From NCBI GenBank assembly GCA_000002445.1, contig CH464491.1, positions 4,000,001 to 4,064,000 on the forward strand: DNA of 64,000 bases, read 5' to 3'. A program made the translations under genes and the position numbers. A model generated the notes under the pieces. The model was not told the DNA's origin. It ran no database searches and saw only the letters and a program-made list of their open reading frames with translations. The stretch comes from Trypanosoma brucei. Taxonomy: Eukaryota. The number at the start of each line of letters is the position of its first letter. Within the stretch, counting starts at the first letter, position 1. This document shows positions 1 to 10,938 of the stretch, piece after piece.

Positions 1-1488
1 ATCTATTTTGCTTCTAATACTGCTTCCGGTTGCAGACCACAACCTCACCGCTACCACACTCACGCGAGCACAGTGAAGCGGACCACTTAAAGATTACAAA
101 GCAACCGGTGAAGAAGGAGATGTGAAGGCTGAGAAAAAAACCACTCATAGAAAAAAAAAAACGGCAACGCAGGAAGGGGTTAAGTCGCACACATGCTTCG
201 AGCATGAACAAGCAACGACATTTCTTGTTTTTCTTTTGTTTTGAGGGGGAAAAAGAAAAAAGAAAGGAACCGGGCGATCACCCACACACACTGGCAGCAA
301 TAATGGTGCAAAACATAGATTGCACAGTGCATTAACTTCGAGGAAGTTATCATCTACCTCTGGACGCAAACTTACGTCCACACGAGGCTGAACATAAAAG
401 AAAAAATGTTTGTTCGGCCAAATGTCCGTTTACACCCTTATATATATATATACGTATAAGAATCAGGTTTCGCGCGGGTGCAGGTGTGAAGTGGATAAAT
501 ACTTGGTGCACCATTCACAACACTTGAAAAAAATGCGATAAGAAAAAAAGATAAATGTACAACGTAAACAAATAAAGTACGTAATAATTACACACTAAGA
601 AGGAAAAAATAATAGCAACAATAAAAATAATTATTGCAATATACGTAACTCCCCTGAAATGGTAGGGACACAGCACCCCGATAGAATCATGTTCCCCACA
701 CCTTCTTTGCCTTTTGGTATTTTTCATTCCGCTGCCCAATTATCCGTACTCCTGTCGATTGCTCAACTGTTACAGTGAAGAAGGAAAAGATGGAAGCTGT
801 AAAGAGCGAAAAAAAGAAAAAGAAAAAGAAAAAGAAGCCAAGGAAGGCAACCACACGCACGCCCCCCCCCCGCACTGCTATTCCGCATCAGCCATTGGAA
901 TTCACACACACATACATACAAGTACCGTAATACTCTATCCTCATCCACTACACCACGCACAAGAGCAAACCCCCGGCCCGTATCACAACAATTTCTTTCC
1001 TCATGAAACTGGCCGTGCGGAAGGGGATCCCCTTGCGTAGGGGATGGAATAGTGTTGACCGCAACAAAAGAAAAAAAAATCAAAAGAGAGAAAAAAATAA
1101 TGATAAGTATCCCAAGTGCCACGAAACACTCGCATATGGAAATGCACACGGTTCGTGACACGATGGCGCGACAAAGCAACCAACCGGAGACCAGAGAAAC
1201 GAGAGTAACTTCAATGCACGTTGAAGAAGTTAGAGAAATCAGAAAACACTCACGAAATGCCGTAACAACGAAAGCGAAGGGAACATATAGATATAGATAG
1301 TTTTATTTATATCTATTCTTTTTTTAAAAAAAAAAAAGCAGCAAAAACATTCCGGGGACGGCACACACATATCTCGAAAGAAAAAAATAGCATAAGTTAA
1401 GCACTAAAAAATTGGCCGCCAAATGTAATCGAATGTTACTGTCGTGTGTGCACAACTGTGTGCCCGTACCGCGCGGCAAACCACGGAC

Positions 1489-3648
1489 CTAGCTGTTTCC
1501 CTTTGGATTGAGGACGAGCACCGATAAACATTTCTTCTTCAGCACTCCGCTTGCAGGAACCATACCGTTCATTAGCGCCTGTATTTCTTTTTTTAATTCC
1601 AACAAGGTGCTCGGCAGTATTCGGTGGTTTACCGTAGAAATGTAAAAGAGTATTAGAGCAACACGCTCAATGAGGAACGGGTCAACGACCAACTGCTGTC
1701 TAACTAATCGTTTGTAGAGAGTTGCTGACTCTCGCTTCATGACATGATCTCGCTCATCAACAGGGAGTTGAGGTACTTTAACAAGCATAATTCTGTTTAT
1801 GTCCCTGCAGATTGGCACGTATTGATCCCGCAGGGACGCCAATTGTTTCCGGTACTCGGGCCGCAAACAGCGTACCAAACCGATGCTCGGCTCCCAACCC
1901 GGAACAGGCCGACCAAAGAACCCGAATTTCTCTTCTCCCTGCAAAATCTCCCTTTCGTAGTCCCGAAAGTCCTCCAGTAATCTTGCAATCTGCTCGTCCC
2001 TGCACACAGCACCAGATGAAAAAGCAGGGTGATACGAAAAATGCACCTCATGCTGGAATGCGGGAGGCACTAGTCGTCTATACATGTTAAACTTCTCCGC
2101 CTCCATGTGAAAATGACCCACTATGATTTTCACCACCTGCTCATCCTCCTTCGGGTAACCCTCAACTGCACTCCCAAACCCGCTACTTACGCCAGGGCTC
2201 TCTTCTCCCGAAATCCCGGGTTCACGATGAACTTCAATGAAGTTACCTTGCGAAAAAGTATTGTCGGAACCTAATTCGCCGCACGATAAGGCACCACTTC
2301 CCGGGGAGCACGTGCCGCTCACCTTCAGTTTGGGTGTGTGACGTCTATGGGATCTGTCGGCCAACGCTGATGATGCCCTGAGCAACAAAAAATCCGAAAG
2401 GAAAAACTTTCGTAGCTCTCCTGCAGCCTTGAACCGATGATAATCCCCTATCCCGAGCCCAGGACGCACTACACCAAGTTCGGAGAGGTTGTTGTCAACG
2501 AAGAAAACAACGTCCCACAACCCACTCATTGCAAGTGAACGCACGATATCCATCTTTCGAAATATTGCACCATCTAAAAAAGCGGTGTGTGGTGACGGAA
2601 CAACGAGACTAGACAGACTGGAAAGGGAAATCCCCCACAAAGAAGGCCGGAATGCCAACCACCGTACACAACTTTCGTCTTCCTCCATCGTGTATTGCTC
2701 GGTGGCAGTAAAAAGAGCTTCGATACCCATCGACACTTTCCTTGGGGCATGCGCTGTGGCAATTCGTATGATGGGAACGTCACTGCCATCAAGAGGACTT
2801 TTCTTCACGCTAGTAACAACTAACGGTCGTGAGCAACAACTACCATCGACGCGGCCTTTTTTCGCTTTGACACCTCCCGGTGTGTCACCATGAAATTTTG
2901 CATCTCCCGTAAAGAATGAAGTAAATCGCTGAAGTTTTCCGCCCCTGGGCCCTGGAACAAACAAGTCATCCACACTACCCCGTGTCAACAGTAAATGTCT
3001 TGCTGGGCAGCTACCAAATGTATGAAGGAGATTATCAGTCTCAAACAGCACATGCTGACGACTGCCCTCCCGACCAGATGTCACAAACGTATCGTCTACA
3101 TCCCAAACGCATAAAACACTTGGAGAACGCGAGGCATTACCATGGAATTGTCGTGAAATGGAGGGTGATATGACACCGTTATCCTGTCCAGATTCTGCTT
3201 GTCCACCTTCAACGGCTCCGCTGAAGGACATCATAGTTTTCCGGACATCTGCAAATGACCTCAACTGCACGAGTTCGGTACTGATGGTTACGTAAGGTGG
3301 TGCAACTCCCGATGTAACACGCTCAGATTCCGAGGCCGGAGAAGATGCGATCATGAAGATGTCTTCGCTAAAGAGATATAACATAAAAAGAAAATGTAGA
3401 GTATACCCATTTCCCAACAAAGGGTTTGAGTGCTTGTCATCGAAAGATTTAATTGTTGGGTGGCGGGAATATCTTAAGAGACAGGACACAAGTTTCTCCA
3501 ACTTGGAAAGTGGAGGTCGTGCAGTAGCGGCAAAAAAAAAAAGAAAAAAAGCGACCTGCATATCCACCAACAGTAACGACGGAGCTTCACAAGATAAACA
3601 GTTAAACACAACAAAAAGCAACCTCAAAAAAAAAAAAATAAAAAACAA
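1489..3648 (-). CDS. Hypothetical protein (maximal ORF 719 aa); weak metallophosphoesterase-like motif order; true start probably internal (near 3351 or 3383)
   Basis: Long intron-less ORF on the minus strand. Its first ~30 residues (MFFIFFFLRLLF..., ...FFLFFFAATA) are translations of poly-T tracts, i.e. the plus-strand poly-A runs at 3530-3660, and are probably upstream polypyrimidine/splice-acceptor sequence rather than protein. Downstream the motifs occur in the order DVDDT..., GDAKFHGD, VDNN, GHFHME..HEVHF, which loosely resembles the ordered motifs of calcineurin-like metallophosphoesterases. No firm family assignment. Confidence 0.5.
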   Translation of the reverse strand: MFFIFFFLRLLFVVFNCLSCEAPSLLLVDMQVAFFLFFFAATARPPLSKLEKLVSCLLRYSRHPTIKSFDDKHSNPLLGNGYTLHFLFMLYLFSEDIFMIASSPASESERVTSGVAPPYVTISTELVQLRSFADVRKTMMSFSGAVEGGQAESGQDNGVISPSISRQFHGNASRSPSVLCVWDVDDTFVTSGREGSRQHVLFETDNLLHTFGSCPARHLLLTRGSVDDLFVPGPRGGKLQRFTSFFTGDAKFHGDTPGGVKAKKGRVDGSCCSRPLVVTSVKKSPLDGSDVPIIRIATAHAPRKVSMGIEALFTATEQYTMEEDESCVRWLAFRPSLWGISLSSLSSLVVPSPHTAFLDGAIFRKMDIVRSLAMSGLWDVVFFVDNNLSELGVVRPGLGIGDYHRFKAAGELRKFFLSDFLLLRASSALADRSHRRHTPKLKVSGTCSPGSGALSCGELGSDNTFSQGNFIEVHREPGISGEESPGVSSGFGSAVEGYPKEDEQVVKIIVGHFHMEAEKFNMYRRLVPPAFQHEVHFSYHPAFSSGAVCRDEQIARLLEDFRDYEREILQGEEKFGFFGRPVPGWEPSIGLVRCLRPEYRKQLASLRDQYVPICRDINRIMLVKVPQLPVDERDHVMKRESATLYKRLVRQQLVVDPFLIERVALILFYISTVNHRILPSTLLELKKEIQALMNGMVPASGVLKKKCLSVLVLNPKGNS

Positions 3649-3665
3649 AATAAAAAAAAGGCATG
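3525..3665 (-). promoter_or_regulatory. Long polypyrimidine tracts (minus strand) 5' of gene 1489..3648; candidate splice-acceptor / polyadenylation-guiding region
   Basis: Plus-strand A-runs 'gcggcaaaaaaaaaaagaaaaaaagcg' and 'ctcaaaaaaaaaaaaataaaaaacaaaataaaaaaaagg'. Translating these produced the spurious poly-Phe N-terminus in the ORF track. Confidence 0.4.
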
Positions 3666-4786
3666 CGCCAACAAGAAAACAAAGTGAGACTTGTGTGAGA
3701 CGAGCAACTCCTCTTTAGTGAGCACATGGCAGCTGTCCACTTCGTGCAACGCCAAAGGTGGTACAGACTGAAAAAGCGCGGTGGTGAAAACCTGATAGCG
3801 TAGCCACAGGACAACGGCACACAGTTAGTGCCCCTCACACCATTTTAACACATCCGCCAAACACTCATCAAATATTCACATCCTCAACGGGGCCACCGGA
3901 ACCGCCAACGGATTGCACGAAACTCACAGACGACACCGTATGCCGCGCACCACTGGAAAAAAAAAAGGCATATCAAGGTCTCTATCTTCCCTGAAAGCAT
4001 ACGCCCAGTTTAACAATTCACACACTCACTTGCATCACACACAAGCTCCTACTCTTCTTTTTTTTCTTTTTCTTTTTTTTTTTTGCTATCCCCTTCACCC
4101 GCCATACGCATAGAGACAACTTCACACAGTTGATTCAAGTGATTTCAAAGGTTTCATCACAACACAACCACACACGCACGTAACATTTGTTGCGGTGCAT
4201 GAGCGAAAGTGACAAAAAAGCATTACCACTGAGAACCCACATTAAGTGAGAGGAACTATTTGTATTAAAGAGGAAGGAAGGGACTGGCGAGTGGAAACAA
4301 AAAAAGAAAAAAAAAAAGAAGCGCACGACCACTGAATGGAAGGCAAACACAACCCGGAGTGAATAAATGTTATCATCCCTCGCTCATGGTTTAATAGTCC
4401 ATCGAGTATTCTCATATGACACAGAAATACGTCCGACTACAAACCACAAGATAGAGATTTTAAACATACAGTAACAAAATTGCCAGGCTATGAAATGTAA
4501 AAATATACATATGCACTCAGAAGACGCTAGGTCCTCTACCCCTACTGCGGGGAAAGCAAAGAGAGAAAAAAACACTTTGTTACTCCGTACACAAACTCTA
4601 CTGTCAACTTTGTTCGCACTATCTTACTGTGATGTTTCAGACTAAACAACAACATGATGGGTATTCCCTCCTTAACTCTTCGTACATACTCATTTTGCAC
4701 GTTGGAGGTCCGATTTATTCCCAGTTTTTTTCCAAAAAGGAGTACATCGCAACGGTTTTTTTTTTTTTGGTGGGGTAGGAAAAATG

Positions 4787-7700
4787 TCATTTTGTTTGAT
4801 TTCGTGCATCCACGCCGATGGGGTGTAAACTCATAAGCTTATATAACCACTTGAAGCCACGCTCCATAGCTTGTTGGGTCCACTTATGAGTATCATGGGT
4901 AATGTCCTTTAGCCATGTTCGTCCACGTGAATCCTTCACTCGCTTGCAGAAGGTTTCTTTGCAACTTTCTTCCGCAAGGCTCCGCATTAGCGTTAAGTTC
5001 ATCAGCGCTGTCAACTCTCCTATGTGTTTAATTCCGTCGAGCGCATTACGGCGGACAATGTGAGAAAGAAGTTGGTGCATAATGCCCGCGTACGACCGCA
5101 CTTCGAGAAACCAATCAGCAGTTTGTATAATAAATCTCGTACAGGAATCGTCTTGTTCCCCCTCAGTCTGCACTTCCGGCGCGGGTTCTTCTTTCATAAA
5201 GTATTCAATGCAACCCTCGAGGTCAGAGTCGAATCGGACATAGGAAGGTAGGACATGCTCGGCTAACGTCCGTGTTGTTAAAAGCATACCATAATCGATG
5301 TGGAATATAGCACCACTCGGATGAATCATAACATTCTCACGATGTCGATCACCGATTGCAAATATATAATTCAGCAATATGAAAAACTTTGCGGAGCACA
5401 TGAAACACTCACGGGCAAGAGCAGCTGATTTTTGACTATCGAAGTCTTTAACTATCAAACTATTAGGTTGTCCACACTGATGTCCCGCTCCTCGTACCCT
5501 TTCATGAAGTTGAGGTTCCGACACCGAGTCCCCCAGCTGGCCTTGTGTCTTCTCAAGTGACACAAGGTGCTGAAGCAGGCGACCCTCTTTGTCCTTTCCA
5601 ATCACACGGTGAATTGTCTGCCCGTCCTTTACCACCTCTATCAAACCCGAAGACGGCGAAAGCAAAATAACGCGATACGTGGGAAGGACCACGTTGCCTA
5701 TTTGCTTGTAGAGCACCCACCGCAAAAACCGCGAGGTGACACACATCACTTTATCCTTTTCAAGGTTTTCCCTCTTGACAAGAATACCCCGCGTCACACC
5801 TTCTGCATCAACGAGCGGAATCGAAACAGGCCGTTGACTAGATTCCATTATCTTGATACCCCCCAAGTCGATGTGTGTTATAACCACACTACTGTCAAAC
5901 GGAAACAGCATAGGCGATACGGCACACAGCCCATTGCGTTCCTGCGCAATCCTCGATGAAGTTGACAAACAACCAGAGACGGATTCGCCGGTCGTTTCCG
6001 CCAAACCCCCCATTAGCCCACTGTTCGAGAGCTGAGTAACAAGCGCCCTCTGATACTCCCTGGCATCCCCACCCACCGGGACAAGATTCACCTCAGGTGT
6101 GATCAAGTTTAAAAACTTAAGTGTATTGAGAAATTTCTGATGTGATTCCGGGAATGTGTCAGCGTTTCTTTCAATGACGCGCTCCTGTAGTGTGCGGTAG
6201 CTGAATTCATTGACCCTCATTCGCGCTGACGCCTCTTGACAAATAACGATCGCCAACTGTGGATCGAGCTTCGACAAGGAGAGTAGAACGGACACAACAC
6301 GGGGCTGGCAGCTCTCGAGATCAAAGATATCCAACAGGAGCAACACAACACATTCTCGTATGCACGTATCCAGCGACGTAATCCAATCTCGCAGCAGGTG
6401 CTTTGTCACTATTTTCCGTATTTTTTCCGCTGTTGCATGGCCTTGTGGTGCACGGTGCAAACACTCCAGAATTTTGATACCAAAGAACGGTGGTAGCATC
6501 CGACCGCAAGTGCGTGTGCACAACATATACCAGTGGCTCAATGGCGGCTTCCAATAGAAGTCACGAAGCTGTGGTGACATTGGCGGCGGTGCGGCTCCCT
6601 TTGCCGTTTGCTCGATTGCTGCGCAGGCCTTCTCAACAAGTTCATTGTTCTCCCAGTCAATAGATATGAAGAGAAATATGAGAGGCTCGGGGTGGCCAAC
6701 CAAAAGATTAACGCTACTGGCAAGGATCTGTGCTGTCCGTTTTGGTATCTTCATGTTCCACATGTTCTCGTAGAGAGATGATCTGTAGTCACTGAGGCAC
6801 AACTCGGCTGCAGCCCTCCACTGCTCGTTGACGGTACGTAAGAGTGCGATATCCACGATAGATAGGCCGGCACAAACGAATGTGGTGCAAAGAAATGTGT
6901 GTTTATTTATCATCATTGCTTGATCGTAGCACCTCTTGCATGCGTGACGCATTCTGCCCTCCTCCGGTTGACCAGGCTTACTTAACTTGGCCAATGACTT
7001 GTCTAGCATCCATGACGTGCACTGCTCACACATGCGCCGGCCACAGCAACGGCAGTTACGCGCCCGAACCGCAGCAAACAACAGAGCCGGCCATGAGGAG
7101 AAAGATCTCTTGCACTCTGAGCACGTCTTAGCCGAGTCTTCCCCCTCCCACACAGGGTTCTGGTAAAGGGTGTGGCCTTTTTTTGCGAAGTCCTCCCCAA
7201 GATACGATGCTTCAGTCATAGTCGTCGAACTGGGGTCAATGGATTGCGTCAAATCCCCAACGTGATAAAATTCGGGATAGAAATAGCGATCCTTCTTCAA
7301 CCATGCCACACATGGGAGCTGATGGTTGGATTTGTCAGCTCCCGTGGCTATTAGCACATCTTTTGATGGCTGGAGCGACCGTGGCTGGGGCGAACCCGGT
7401 TCAGCACTGCCACCACCGATTCTAAATGCAGTCATGACCTTCTCCCGGAAAGCTAAGACTTCACATAACTTCTCTTTGCTGTTTAATGACGCAAGCGAAC
7501 GGATATCAGTGTCACAAAACACTTCCTCCTTGTATATTCGACCAAATTCACCACAAAGGACGGCAAACGTTTTTTCCATTTCTAGACGCGCACTTAACTC
7601 TAAAACCTCCATAAATAATTCCCTGTTGCGTGTCAATTCGCACGCATTGTAGCACGATACGGTTCCGTTCCGGGACAATGTTGTCTCGGAAAAAAAAACA

Positions 7701-8269
7701 CAAGCCTGGCTGTCTTCTCTATGTGGTGCCGCGCTCGTGGAAAAAGAAGACAAAACTTCGTCATCTGCTTCCGACATTCTCGACTTAACATCAGCGCGGG
7801 TCTGACGCCGAGCACGGGAGAGTTTTGAACCTCTCAGATCTAACGCTACTATCCTTTTTAACTCCTCTATGGCAACTTGAGAGCCAAATTCAAGCTGTAC
7901 TGGTTGCTTCTGAGATATCAGTCGCTTGAGATAAGCGCTCTCAGCGAAGTCCAGTGCGCAGTGGGTCCCGTCTCCAAGAATCACATCTACCGCAAGCATG
8001 TCGAACTCCTGTGTGGAATCCCGTACTCCATCTGCGTCCCGAGGTAAATCGGCGCCCACACCATCAGTCGGACGGCCCGGCAGTGGCTGCTCATACGAAG
8101 TCACGGAAACTTCCGCCGACTGGGTCATCAAATCTCGGCTGCCTCCACACACCGCGACGAAATTATAGTAAACAGGGGAAAAGAAAAAACAAACGGGGGA
8201 AAAGTAGTTAAACACAGAAAGTATCGCTAGTGATGGGACTCGAATTATCGACAGGGGATATATACACAT
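4787..8269 (-). CDS. FYVE zinc-finger-containing phosphatidylinositol 3-/4-kinase family protein (1160 aa)
   Basis: C-terminal lipid-kinase catalytic signature 'AIGDRHRENVMI...GAIFHIDYGMLL' (the DRH..N catalytic loop and DFG-like activation loop of the PI3K/PI4K fold). Mid-protein Cys cluster 'CSECKRSF...ARNCRCCGRRMCEQC' consistent with a FYVE/zinc-finger. Long unbroken ORF. Confidence 0.8.
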   Translation of the reverse strand: MCIYPLSIIRVPSLAILSVFNYFSPVCFFFSPVYYNFVAVCGGSRDLMTQSAEVSVTSYEQPLPGRPTDGVGADLPRDADGVRDSTQEFDMLAVDVILGDGTHCALDFAESAYLKRLISQKQPVQLEFGSQVAIEELKRIVALDLRGSKLSRARRQTRADVKSRMSEADDEVLSSFSTSAAPHREDSQACVFFSETTLSRNGTVSCYNACELTRNRELFMEVLELSARLEMEKTFAVLCGEFGRIYKEEVFCDTDIRSLASLNSKEKLCEVLAFREKVMTAFRIGGGSAEPGSPQPRSLQPSKDVLIATGADKSNHQLPCVAWLKKDRYFYPEFYHVGDLTQSIDPSSTTMTEASYLGEDFAKKGHTLYQNPVWEGEDSAKTCSECKRSFSSWPALLFAAVRARNCRCCGRRMCEQCTSWMLDKSLAKLSKPGQPEEGRMRHACKRCYDQAMMINKHTFLCTTFVCAGLSIVDIALLRTVNEQWRAAAELCLSDYRSSLYENMWNMKIPKRTAQILASSVNLLVGHPEPLIFLFISIDWENNELVEKACAAIEQTAKGAAPPPMSPQLRDFYWKPPLSHWYMLCTRTCGRMLPPFFGIKILECLHRAPQGHATAEKIRKIVTKHLLRDWITSLDTCIRECVVLLLLDIFDLESCQPRVVSVLLSLSKLDPQLAIVICQEASARMRVNEFSYRTLQERVIERNADTFPESHQKFLNTLKFLNLITPEVNLVPVGGDAREYQRALVTQLSNSGLMGGLAETTGESVSGCLSTSSRIAQERNGLCAVSPMLFPFDSSVVITHIDLGGIKIMESSQRPVSIPLVDAEGVTRGILVKRENLEKDKVMCVTSRFLRWVLYKQIGNVVLPTYRVILLSPSSGLIEVVKDGQTIHRVIGKDKEGRLLQHLVSLEKTQGQLGDSVSEPQLHERVRGAGHQCGQPNSLIVKDFDSQKSAALARECFMCSAKFFILLNYIFAIGDRHRENVMIHPSGAIFHIDYGMLLTTRTLAEHVLPSYVRFDSDLEGCIEYFMKEEPAPEVQTEGEQDDSCTRFIIQTADWFLEVRSYAGIMHQLLSHIVRRNALDGIKHIGELTALMNLTLMRSLAEESCKETFCKRVKDSRGRTWLKDITHDTHKWTQQAMERGFKWLYKLMSLHPIGVDARNQTK

Positions 8270-8285
8270 GTATGAGTTCTAACAT

Positions 8286-8350
8286 GGAGTATGAAAAAAG
8301 AAAAATAACATAGTCCGTGAACGTCAATGGAAAAAAAAAAAGGAAAAAGT
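8286..8350 (-). promoter_or_regulatory. Polypyrimidine tract (minus strand) in the spacer immediately 5' of the PI-kinase gene; candidate trans-splice acceptor region
   Basis: Plus strand reads 'gaaaaaagaaaaataacat...ggaaaaaaaaaaaggaaaaag', so the coding (minus) strand is T/C-rich just upstream of the ATG at 8269. Confidence 0.4.
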
Positions 8351-8574
8351 CTGGTCCCTTATGCAAACACGTGCCGACGCAAGTCAACCCCCCACCACTC
8401 AACTACAACTCACCGTACGATGTAACAACGCGACCACCTCACAGAAATGCTACAAGAACCAGATTAACTGGGCAGACAACAACTGGAGGTCGGAATCAAC
8501 TTAGGCGAGAACTCCGCTTCGTATGATTTATATTGTTTGCGGGCACCCACTGTATTTCACTGTCAACCACCCCT

Positions 8575-10452
8575 TCACCTTCGCATCGACCAGAAGTAAT
8601 AACTGTCCCACATGACCTCACGGCCTCCAGTTACCTTGTCGTAGATGAAAACCCCAATTCCTGCCAAAATGGAGAGACACAAAAACCCAAAAGTAACGTA
8701 TGTTAAAATTGGAACTGAAGAAGATGTTAATGAAAAAAACGAACACCCCAGTGGATCATCCATCAACTTTCCGCTGTAGATGTAAACAATGGTGAAGACT
8801 ACTTGCACAGCCGCGGCTGGCCAACAAGCAGCCCAGATAACCCTGTGTGCATCGAACACGAGAACTACAACTAACAACACGAAACCAACCACAGTGGCGA
8901 AGGAAGCGGTTGATACAAAGACGACGGTCTCTGTGTGGCACTGACCGATTACCGGAAACGTTAACAGAACGGCGAATAAGCAGCACTCCAAATAACAAGA
9001 AGTAGTTGCAATGAGTATACGGTTCGTGACACTCCTCGGCCTCAGCGAAACCTGCTTCGTGGCTACAACCGCAAAACCGAAGCGGTTACAAGAGAAGTTG
9101 CATATCGCGTTCCGGAGAAACAGGTACGTGGATACACCATACGAGGTATAGTTTGTGATGGCTAAGATTGTGTGCCCAATGAAAGAATCACCGTACGCAT
9201 AGAAAGCTGCGAGGTAATACTGTAAAAGCAGCTGGGGTATGGAAAACAAACAGGTGTGAAGAAGCAAAACATTCGTCAGACCGTTGTATAAATCATACCG
9301 TATAACGAAATACTTAGCCTTGTTCTTTAACAATTCGTACCTTAGCGTGACGTACACGAGCCAGACCTCGAACACGGGGACACACGGAACCACTTTTGTT
9401 GTGTTGTCCGGGTAGTCCCACACGCGATCCTCATAGTCACGTATTCGCCCCTCCTCAGATGTCATCACCGCCACAATACTCACAACGTACCCAACCACAT
9501 AACACACAATTGTCCAACTACTGCATTCAATGTGTCCCACCACCCGCCAATGATAGATAACCCATCCCACACACGCAAGATGCAAAAACACAGCGATCAA
9601 ACCCACCCATGTTAGCGCCATATCCAACACAAAACAAATATGTAAAAAGAACCCCAACAGCCAATTGGGGGGTGGTAGGTTCCGCAAGAGGTGTGGGTTG
9701 TCGTACAGCATTTTCACAAACTCGAGACCCGCGTAGCGGCACGAAAGTGCCTGCTCTTTTGTAAAGGTAGCACTGGGAGCATTGCACAGCACTTTTAGAT
9801 AATCAATGTTTCCTGGGTTAATACGGCCCCCGAAGTTTTCGTCGCCCACCATCAGAGAATCAATCTCCTCTTGGATAATTTGCTGTACACCGACATCATT
9901 CACATCAACACGTCCGGACTTCAATAGCGTCTTCGTAAGATGGCGATCCCCTACTGCAGCCTGCAAAATATCCCCGTTGATTCTGAAATTTTCAGCGTGA
10001 AGCGATGCCTGTATAATACCCATATATGAATCATTTGGTGTCCGCCGATACTGAAGAATTACTTCGCGGAGGTCGACACCTACGTCGTCCGAAGAGCACA
10101 AGGAATTGTCATTGCACAGTAAGGGGGGCCGGGCAGGACCAAATGGATCATGGACCGCTCTATCGTCCCACTGTTCATCGTTAGACGTGGAATCATGGGG
10201 AACTTGCGCAACATTGAAGGGTTCGCTACTCCCCAGGTCCCGCCTTCCAATCAGCGCGGACATTATATAAGATCCTGCGGTGTCAAACAGTCTTCGAAGC
10301 TGTGAGGGACTCCCCGCTTGATCACCAAACGATGGTTGAAGTGGGATAGTGGTCTGACTGTCCTCCATAACCGGCTCCACCCTCGCGATGTGTGAATTCT
10401 GTTCATCGTCAGATGAGTCATAGAAAGCCACATTAAACGGATCCCGTGGCAT
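8575..10452 (-). CDS. Polytopic membrane protein of unknown function (625 aa): ~250-aa hydrophilic N-terminal domain followed by about 8-10 predicted TM helices
   Basis: Long ORF with an acidic, Ser-rich N-terminus (DSSDDEQN...), then multiple 20-residue hydrophobic segments (e.g. LIAVFLHLACVGWVIYHW, FAVLLTFPVIGQ, VGFVLLVVVLVF, FLCLSILAGIGVFIY). No recognisable catalytic motif. Confidence 0.6.
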   Translation of the reverse strand: MPRDPFNVAFYDSSDDEQNSHIARVEPVMEDSQTTIPLQPSFGDQAGSPSQLRRLFDTAGSYIMSALIGRRDLGSSEPFNVAQVPHDSTSNDEQWDDRAVHDPFGPARPPLLCNDNSLCSSDDVGVDLREVILQYRRTPNDSYMGIIQASLHAENFRINGDILQAAVGDRHLTKTLLKSGRVDVNDVGVQQIIQEEIDSLMVGDENFGGRINPGNIDYLKVLCNAPSATFTKEQALSCRYAGLEFVKMLYDNPHLLRNLPPPNWLLGFFLHICFVLDMALTWVGLIAVFLHLACVGWVIYHWRVVGHIECSSWTIVCYVVGYVVSIVAVMTSEEGRIRDYEDRVWDYPDNTTKVVPCVPVFEVWLVYVTLRYELLKNKAKYFVIRYDLYNGLTNVLLLHTCLFSIPQLLLQYYLAAFYAYGDSFIGHTILAITNYTSYGVSTYLFLRNAICNFSCNRFGFAVVATKQVSLRPRSVTNRILIATTSCYLECCLFAVLLTFPVIGQCHTETVVFVSTASFATVVGFVLLVVVLVFDAHRVIWAACWPAAAVQVVFTIVYIYSGKLMDDPLGCSFFSLTSSSVPILTYVTFGFLCLSILAGIGVFIYDKVTGGREVMWDSYYFWSMRR

Positions 10453-10938
10453 CTACATCCAGGTGGTTGATGCAGTCGCTGCTCCCCCTACCCTAAAATC
10501 GGTACCTAGACGGTAATTTCTTGTCAACGACAGGACCCCACTAAACACCTTCCTCCTCTCTTGGCCCTCTTCTTGTGACAAAAGATTGGAAGAAAGCCTT
10601 CTAACCACAAGCATGACACGAAGTGGGAGAACAAGCAGGAAACGACAACTCTATCGCACATGCAACGGGTACAAAGAATGATGCAACAGGGTGAACGCAA
10701 TAACACGCTCGAGAATGGATGGGCTCCCGAGGTAAACAGAGTAAATTGAAAACAATACGAACATAGTAACAACTGGAAGGAACCCCATATGCACCTCGTG
10801 TTAGAAGTCACAAAAAGCCATGTGACACACAAAAATGAAACTTTACAACTGTGAGCAGTCGCATCGATATCGCCGTCCCATCATCGGAGACGCAGATTAC
10901 AGTCCACGAGGAAAATTATGTGGCACTCAGAAGGGTTC

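Noticed and set aside
10524-10832. 102-aa Cys-rich minus-strand ORF between the membrane-protein gene and the RRM gene
   Set aside because: Low-complexity, Cys/Phe-rich and located in a spacer. Typical of translated UTR.
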